From a virus, in the UHGV virus genome UHGV-0140595: DNA of 11,245 nt, one strand, 5' to 3'. The notes under the pieces were generated by a model. It had not been told where the DNA came from. It worked only from the letters and a program-made list of their open reading frames with translations, and searched no databases. The position numbers and the translations under genes are program-made. Below, piece by piece: positions 6,948-11,245 of this stretch (position 1 is the first letter of the stretch; every line of letters begins with the position of its first letter).

Positions 6948-7174
6948 TGGCTGATGCAATGGATCTCGTACAGCAGCGCGTTGAAGAAGAACGCCAGCGT
7001 CATATCCGTGCTGCCCGTGCCAAAACGCCGGGCGTGTCCCGCGTGCTTTGCATTGAGTGTGAAGCGCCAATTCCGCCAGCACGCCGCCGTGCCATTCCGG
7101 GTGTGCAGCTTTGCATTACCTGTCAGGAAATCGCAGAGCTGAAAGGCAAACATTACAACGGAGGTGCTGTATGA
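6947..7174 (+). CDS. TraR/DksA-family C4 zinc-finger protein (P2 orf82 type)
   Basis: 75 aa with CIEC-(N17)-CITC forming a four-cysteine zinc finger near the C-terminus, the TraR/DksA architecture. Translationally coupled on both sides (TAATG upstream, ATGA downstream). Confidence 0.85.
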   Translation: MADAMDLVQQRVEEERQRHIRAARAKTPGVSRVLCIECEAPIPPARRRAIPGVQLCITCQEIAELKGKHYNGGAV

Positions 7175-8028
7175 GCACCATTCTGAAATGGGCGGGAAAT
7201 AAAACTGCCATAATGTCAGAACTGAAAAAACACCTTCCTGCTGGCCCGCGACTGGTTGAACCTTTCGCGGGTTCCTGTGCTGTGATGATGGAGACGGATT
7301 ACCCCAGCTATCTGGTTGCGGATATTAATCCTGATTTAATCAACCTCTATAAAAAGGTTGCCGCTGATTGTGAATCGTTTATATCTCGCGCCAGAGTTTT
7401 ATTTGAGATCGCAAACAGGGAGGTGGCTTATTACAACATAAGGCAGGAGTTTAATTACTCCACTGAAATTACTGATTTCATGAAAGCGGTATATTTCCTG
7501 TATCTCAATCGTCACGGTTACCGTGGTTTATGTCGCTATAACAAGAGCGGGCATTTCAACATTCCCTACGGTAATTATAAAAATCCGTATTTCCCTGAAA
7601 AAGAAATTCGCGCATTTGCAGAAAAAGCCCAGCGGGCAACGTTTATCTGCGCCAGCTTTGATGAAACGCTGGCGATGTTGAAGGCGGGAGATGTGGTGTA
7701 TTGCGATCCGCCGTATGACGGCACGTTTTCCGGTTATCACACTGACGGCTTCACTGAAGATGACCAGTATCACCTGGCATCCGTTCTTGAACATCGGTCA
7801 TCAGAAGGACATCCGGTCATTGTTTCTAACAGTGACACATCCCTGATCCGTTCGCTGTATCGCAATTTTACTCACCACTACATCAAGGCAAAACGCAACA
7901 TCGGTGTGGCAGCTGGCGAGGGTAAATCAGCAACAGAAATCATTGCTGTTTCCGGGCCGCGCTGCTGGGTGGGATTTGATTATTCGCGTGGCGTGGACAG
8001 TTCTGCCGTGTACGGAGTACGTGCATGA
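7171..8028 (+). CDS. dam: DNA adenine methyltransferase, Dam family (probable GATC N6-adenine methyltransferase)
   Basis: 285 aa from the ATG at 7171 with RBS GGAGGT. N-terminal KWAGNK...[10 protein letters not shown] (AdoMet motif I) and DPPY at residues 179-182 (motif IV), in the same order as E. coli Dam. The track start at 7111 would overlap the traR-like gene by 64 nt and is rejected. Confidence 0.9.
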   Translation: MSTILKWAGNKTAIMSELKKHLPAGPRLVEPFAGSCAVMMETDYPSYLVADINPDLINLYKKVAADCESFISRARVLFEIANREVAYYNIRQEFNYSTEITDFMKAVYFLYLNRHGYRGLCRYNKSGHFNIPYGNYKNPYFPEKEIRAFAEKAQRATFICASFDETLAMLKAGDVVYCDPPYDGTFSGYHTDGFTEDDQYHLASVLEHRSSEGHPVIVSNSDTSLIRSLYRNFTHHYIKAKRNIGVAAGEGKSATEIIAVSGPRCWVGFDYSRGVDSSAVYGVRA

Positions 8029-10439
8029 GTCATGCCGATATGAACAACTGCTGCGGCTTTAACGAGGCTGCCGCAGCATTCTCATGGAACAGCCCGAAAA
8101 AGGCCATTAACCCTTATCTGGACCCGGCGGAAGTTGCGCCGGTTTCTGCGCTTTCAAACCTGATCACTCTGTACGCTGCCGATAACGAGCAGGAACAACT
8201 GCGCCGCGAGGCACTGAGTGATCAGGTCTGGGAGCGTTATTTCTTTAATGAATCCCGTGATCCTGTCCAGCGCGAAATGGAGCAGGATAAGCTAATTAGC
8301 CGGGCAAAGCTGGCGCATGAGCAGCAGCGTTTTAATCCAGACATGGTCATTCTGGCGGATGTCAACGCCCAGCCTTCCCATATCAGCAAGCCGCTGATGC
8401 AACGTATTAAATACTTCAGCAACCTGGGCAGGCCAAAGGCTTATTCCCGCTATTTGCGTGAGACGATTAAGCCATGCCTGGAACGACTGGAGCATGTACG
8501 CGACAGCCAGCTATCTGCATCTTTTCGTTTTATGGCAAGCCATGAAGGGCTGGACGGTCTGCTGATCCTGCCTGAAATGAGTCAGGATCAGGTGAAACGC
8601 CTGTCCACCCTTGTCGCTGCGCATATGAGCATGTGTCTTGATGCCGCTTGTGGTGATTTGTACGCCTCCGATGATGTTAAGCCGGAAGAAATCCGCAAGA
8701 CATGGGAAAAGGTTGCAGCAGAAACCCTGCGACTGGATGTCATACCGCCTGCGTTTGAGCAACTCCGCCGGAAAAGAAACCGCCGCAAACCTGTGCCCTA
8801 TGAACTCATTCCGGGTTCGCTGGCGCGTATGCTGTGCGCCGACTGGTGGTATCGGAAATTATGGAAGATGCGTTGCGAATGGCGGGAAGAGCAGTTGCGT
8901 GCTGTCTGTCTGGTCAGCAAAAAAGCATCTCCCTATGTCAGCTATGAAGCCGTGATGCATAAACGTGAGCAGCGCCGTAAGTCGCTGGAGTTTTTCCGTT
9001 CTCATGAACTGGTGAACGAAGACGGCGACACGCTGGACATGGAGGATGTGGTAAACGCCAGCAGCAGCAACCCTGCGCATCGCCGCAATGAGATGATGGC
9101 CTGTGTTAAAGGCCTGGAGCTTATCGCGGAAATGCGCGGTGACTGCGCCGTTTTCTACACCATCACCTGTCCGTCACGTTTCCATTCCACGCTAAATAAC
9201 GGCAGGCCCAACCCGACCTGGACAAATGCGACGGTAAGACAAAGCAGTGATTATCTGGTTGGCATGTTTGCTGCATTTCGTAAGGCGATGCACAAAGCCG
9301 GATTGCGCTGGTATGGCGTGCGGGTGGCTGAGCCGCATCATGACGGTACAGTTCACTGGCACCTGTTGTGTTTTATGCGCAAAAAAGATCGCCGCGCCAT
9401 TACTGCTTTGTTGCGTAAGTTTGCCATTCGTGAAGACCGCGAGGAGCTGGGGAATAACACGGGGCCACGCTTTAAGTCTGAGTTGATTAACCCGCGCAAA
9501 GGAACGCCGACAAGCTACATCGCGAAATATATCAGTAAGAACATTGACGGGCGTGGTCTGGCTGGCGAGATCAGCAAGGAAACGGGTAAATCCCTGCGTG
9601 ATAACGCTGAATACGTGAATGCCTGGGCGTCTCTGCATCGTGTTCAGCAATTCCGCTTCTTTGGCATTCCGGGGCGTCAGGCTTACCGTGAACTGCGATT
9701 GCTGGCTGGTCAGGCGGCAAGGCAACAGGGTGACAAAAAAGCAGGTGCGCCGGTACTGGATAACCCGCGCCTTGATGCAATCCTGGCTGCTGCTGATGCT
9801 GGTTGTTTTGCCACCTACATCATGAAGCAGGGCGGCGTACTGGTTCCCCGTAAATATCACCTCATCAGAACTGCTTATGAAATCAACGAAGAGCCGACCG
9901 CCTATGGCGATCACGGCATTCGTATTTATGGCATCTGGTCACCTATTGCAGAGGGCAAGATCTGCACTCATGCCGTGAAGTGGAAAATGGTTCGTAAGGC
10001 CGTTGACGTTCAGGAGGCGGCAGCCGACCAGGGCGCTTGCGCCCCTTGGACTCGTGGCAATAACTGTCCCCTTGCTGAAAATTTGTACCAACAAGGGAAA
10101 GACAAATCAACTGATGGAGATACCAGAACGGATATCACCCGCATGGATGACAAGGAGTTGCACGATTACCTGCACAGTATGAGCAAAAAAGAGCGCCGGG
10201 AACTGGCAGCAAGGTTACGCCTGGTGAAACCGAAACGGCGTAAAGACTACAAACAGCGAATTACAGACCATCAGCGACTGCAGCTCGTGTATGAACTGAA
10301 GTCCAGGGGATTTGATGGCAGCGAGAAAGAGGTCGATTTACTGCTTCGCGGCGGCAGTATTCCGTCAGGAGCAGGCCTACGTATCTTCTATCGGAACCAG
10401 CGTTTGCAGGAAGATGATAAGTGGCGAAACCTGTATTAA
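8025..10439 (+). CDS. Replication initiation endonuclease, P2 gpA-like (HUH rolling-circle initiator)
   Basis: 804 aa. HUH motif VHWHLL (H444-W-H446) and twin-tyrosine motif YIAKYISK (Y498, Y502) in the phiX174 gpA / P2 gpA arrangement. Start overlaps the dam stop (ATGA). Confidence 0.9.
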   Translation: MSHADMNNCCGFNEAAAAFSWNSPKKAINPYLDPAEVAPVSALSNLITLYAADNEQEQLRREALSDQVWERYFFNESRDPVQREMEQDKLISRAKLAHEQQRFNPDMVILADVNAQPSHISKPLMQRIKYFSNLGRPKAYSRYLRETIKPCLERLEHVRDSQLSASFRFMASHEGLDGLLILPEMSQDQVKRLSTLVAAHMSMCLDAACGDLYASDDVKPEEIRKTWEKVAAETLRLDVIPPAFEQLRRKRNRRKPVPYELIPGSLARMLCADWWYRKLWKMRCEWREEQLRAVCLVSKKASPYVSYEAVMHKREQRRKSLEFFRSHELVNEDGDTLDMEDVVNASSSNPAHRRNEMMACVKGLELIAEMRGDCAVFYTITCPSRFHSTLNNGRPNPTWTNATVRQSSDYLVGMFAAFRKAMHKAGLRWYGVRVAEPHHDGTVHWHLLCFMRKKDRRAITALLRKFAIREDREELGNNTGPRFKSELINPRKGTPTSYIAKYISKNIDGRGLAGEISKETGKSLRDNAEYVNAWASLHRVQQFRFFGIPGRQAYRELRLLAGQAARQQGDKKAGAPVLDNPRLDAILAAADAGCFATYIMKQGGVLVPRKYHLIRTAYEINEEPTAYGDHGIRIYGIWSPIAEGKICTHAVKWKMVRKAVDVQEAAADQGACAPWTRGNNCPLAENLYQQGKDKSTDGDTRTDITRMDDKELHDYLHSMSKKERRELAARLRLVKPKRRKDYKQRITDHQRLQLVYELKSRGFDGSEKEVDLLLRGGSIPSGAGLRIFYRNQRLQEDDKWRNLY

Positions 10440-10508
10440 TTACGCGGGTTAACAATTCGTGCTCTTAATAATACCAGGCATATCAGGCTGATGAGCGTAA
10501 AAAAACGT

Positions 10509-10535
10509 TTTACATCAGTAAGATTATTATATACT
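10509..10535 (+). promoter_or_regulatory. Candidate sigma70 promoter for the SOS module (-35 TTTACA, -10 TATACT)
   Basis: TTTACA at 10509-10514 and TATACT at 10530-10535 with a 15-nt spacer. Exact elements are uncertain; the region is extremely AT-rich. Confidence 0.35.
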
Positions 10536-10551
10536 GTAAATATAAACAGTG
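10532..10551. promoter_or_regulatory. LexA operator (SOS box) TACTGT-aaatataa-ACAGTG
   Basis: Exact CTGT-N8-ACAG with a TA-rich spacer at 10534-10549, about 40 bp upstream of the ORF at 10592. A degenerate overlapping second half-site, ACAG at 10561-10564, may form a weak second box. Confidence 0.75.
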
Positions 10552-10591
10552 GTTATATATACAGTATTGCTTTGGTGTCATAGGAGGAAAG

Positions 10592-10780
10592 ATGCAGGAC
10601 TATTTTTTGGAGTCTTTGAAGCTCCAGCGCATTGATTTTTTTCTTAAGCTTGTTGCGGCTAGTGAGTGTAGTGATGAAGAGAAGGGGCTGGCTCTGCAGT
10701 GGGTTTCTGAATTGACTGATGAACTCATGGCAAAAATCAGAAGCCACGAATACAACCGCTCAATGGATGTCATCAGCTGA
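10592..10780 (+). CDS. Hypothetical small acidic protein, first gene of the LexA-controlled module (possible Tum-like antirepressor N-terminal part)
   Basis: 62 aa; strong RBS AGGAGG 4 nt upstream of the ATG; immediately downstream of the SOS box. Confidence 0.6.
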   Translation: MQDYFLESLKLQRIDFFLKLVAASECSDEEKGLALQWVSELTDELMAKIRSHEYNRSMDVIS

Positions 10781-10790
10781 GGTGACTTTT

Positions 10791-11024
10791 ATGCGCATTG
10801 AAATAATGATCGATAAAGAGCAGAAGATTAGCCAGTCTACCCTGGACGCCCTTGAATCCGAGCTTTACCGCAATCTGCGCCCCCTGTATCCCAAAACGGT
10901 AATCCGTATCCGTAAAGGTAGCTCTAACGGTGTGGAACTGACCGGACTGCAACTGGACGAAGAAAGAAAACAAGTGATGAAAATTATGCAGAAGGTGTGG
11001 GAAGACGACAGCTGGCTGCATTGA
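10791..11024 (+). CDS. dinI: DinI-family protein (DNA-damage-inducible protein I-like)
   Basis: 77 aa, MRIEIMIDK...LDALESEL...DEERKQVMKIMQKVWEDDSWLH, which aligns along its length with E. coli DinI (MRIEVTIAK...IDALAGEL...KEDKQRISEILQETWESADDWF) as I recall it. RBS GAGGTG overlaps the upstream stop. The longer track start at 10719 is rejected. Confidence 0.8.
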   Translation: MRIEIMIDKEQKISQSTLDALESELYRNLRPLYPKTVIRIRKGSSNGVELTGLQLDEERKQVMKIMQKVWEDDSWLH

Positions 11025-11079
11025 TTTTGTCAATAGACGCTTGTTTTTACTAATCAAAAAGGGTTACATATGAGTGAGA

Positions 11080-11111
11080 GGCGATGTCAATCAGATATCG
11101 CCTTGTTTTTT
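11080..11111 (+). terminator. Rho-independent terminator after the dinI-like gene
   Basis: Stem ggcgat / atcgcc with an 11-nt loop, followed by ttgttttttg. Confidence 0.6.
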
Positions 11112-11245
11112 GTCAAGAAAAGAATAATAGGCTAAAAATGAAAATTAATAATGTAGCGTTACCAATATCTCTTGCTGTAATCCTAACTGGTTGGTAATGC
11201 TGCCAACTTACTGATTTAGTGTATGATGGTGATTTTAAGGTGCTT

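Larger units (their letters stand above)
3403..11245. mobile_element. P2/186-family (Fels-2-like) temperate prophage, integrase-proximal end and early region; continues beyond the window end
   Basis: ssrA-derived att core next to a P2-type tyrosine integrase transcribed toward att; gene order int-cI / apl-cII-...-A matches 186-type phages; P2 gpA-like replication gene present. Confidence 0.85.

Noticed and set aside
6870-7153. Minus-strand ORFs 6870-7082 and 6944-7153, and the plus-strand ORF 6954-7142
   Set aside because: They overlap the zinc-finger TraR-like CDS, which is supported by the C4 motif and translational coupling.
7111-7170. Upstream start at 7111 for dam
   Set aside because: It would add a 20-aa extension overlapping the traR-like gene. 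The ATG at 7171 has a GGAGGT ribosome-binding site and gives an N-terminus ([11 protein letters not shown]) that aligns with Dam proteins.
9192-9914. 240-aa minus-strand ORF (and other small ORFs on both strands, e.g. 7528-7794, 8237-9080, 9247-9825, 10261-10455) inside dam and gene A
   Set aside because: The plus-strand frames carry the Dam motifs and the gpA HUH and twin-tyrosine motifs; these are antisense or out-of-frame chance ORFs.
10442-10453. acgcgggttaac, resembling part of the ssrA att core (gacgcgggttcaac)
   Set aside because: Only about 9 contiguous matching bases, with no CCA-end context; most likely chance, and not a second att site.
10549-10564. Second LexA box overlapping the first
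   Set aside because: Only one half-site (ACAG at 10561-10564) is good and the partner half-site is GTGG; at best a weak auxiliary site, so not called as a separate feature.
10553-11057. Minus-strand ORFs 10553-10747 and 10773-11057, and the 10719 start for the dinI-like gene
   Set aside because: They lie antisense to the SOS module; the 10719 start would overlap the upstream ORF by 62 nt, while DinI-family proteins begin MRIE, which matches the ATG at 10791.
1-11245. CRISPR arrays, IS elements, rRNA
   Set aside because: No regularly spaced direct repeats with unique spacers, no terminal inverted repeats flanking a transposase, and no rRNA-like sequence were seen on either strand.

Overview
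The window spans a junction between chromosomal DNA and the integrase-proximal end of a P2/186-family temperate prophage. Positions 1-3242 are the 3' portion of a large AIDA-I/Ag43-type autotransporter adhesin gene, truncated at the window edge and followed by a terminator. At 3403-3446 (minus strand) there is a 44-nt copy of the 3' end of the tmRNA gene ssrA, which I read as the prophage attachment core. To its right lies a 186-like early region: integrase and CI-type repressor on the minus strand, a face-to-face promoter switch, then apl/cox-like, cII-like, three small unknown ORFs, a TraR/DksA-type zinc-finger gene, a Dam-type adenine methyltransferase and a P2 gpA-type rolling-circle replication initiator, the last four translationally coupled. 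After gene A comes a very AT-rich segment with a near-consensus LexA box in front of a small unknown ORF plus a DinI-family gene, which looks like a 186 Tum-style SOS induction module. I found no CRISPR array, rRNA or intact tRNA/tmRNA gene, and no clearly novel multi-gene defence system inside the window. The best leads are the SOS module, the three unassigned early ORFs, and the variable region that begins after gene A and runs off the window end. All calls are from reading the sequence and ORF translations; no database search was run.
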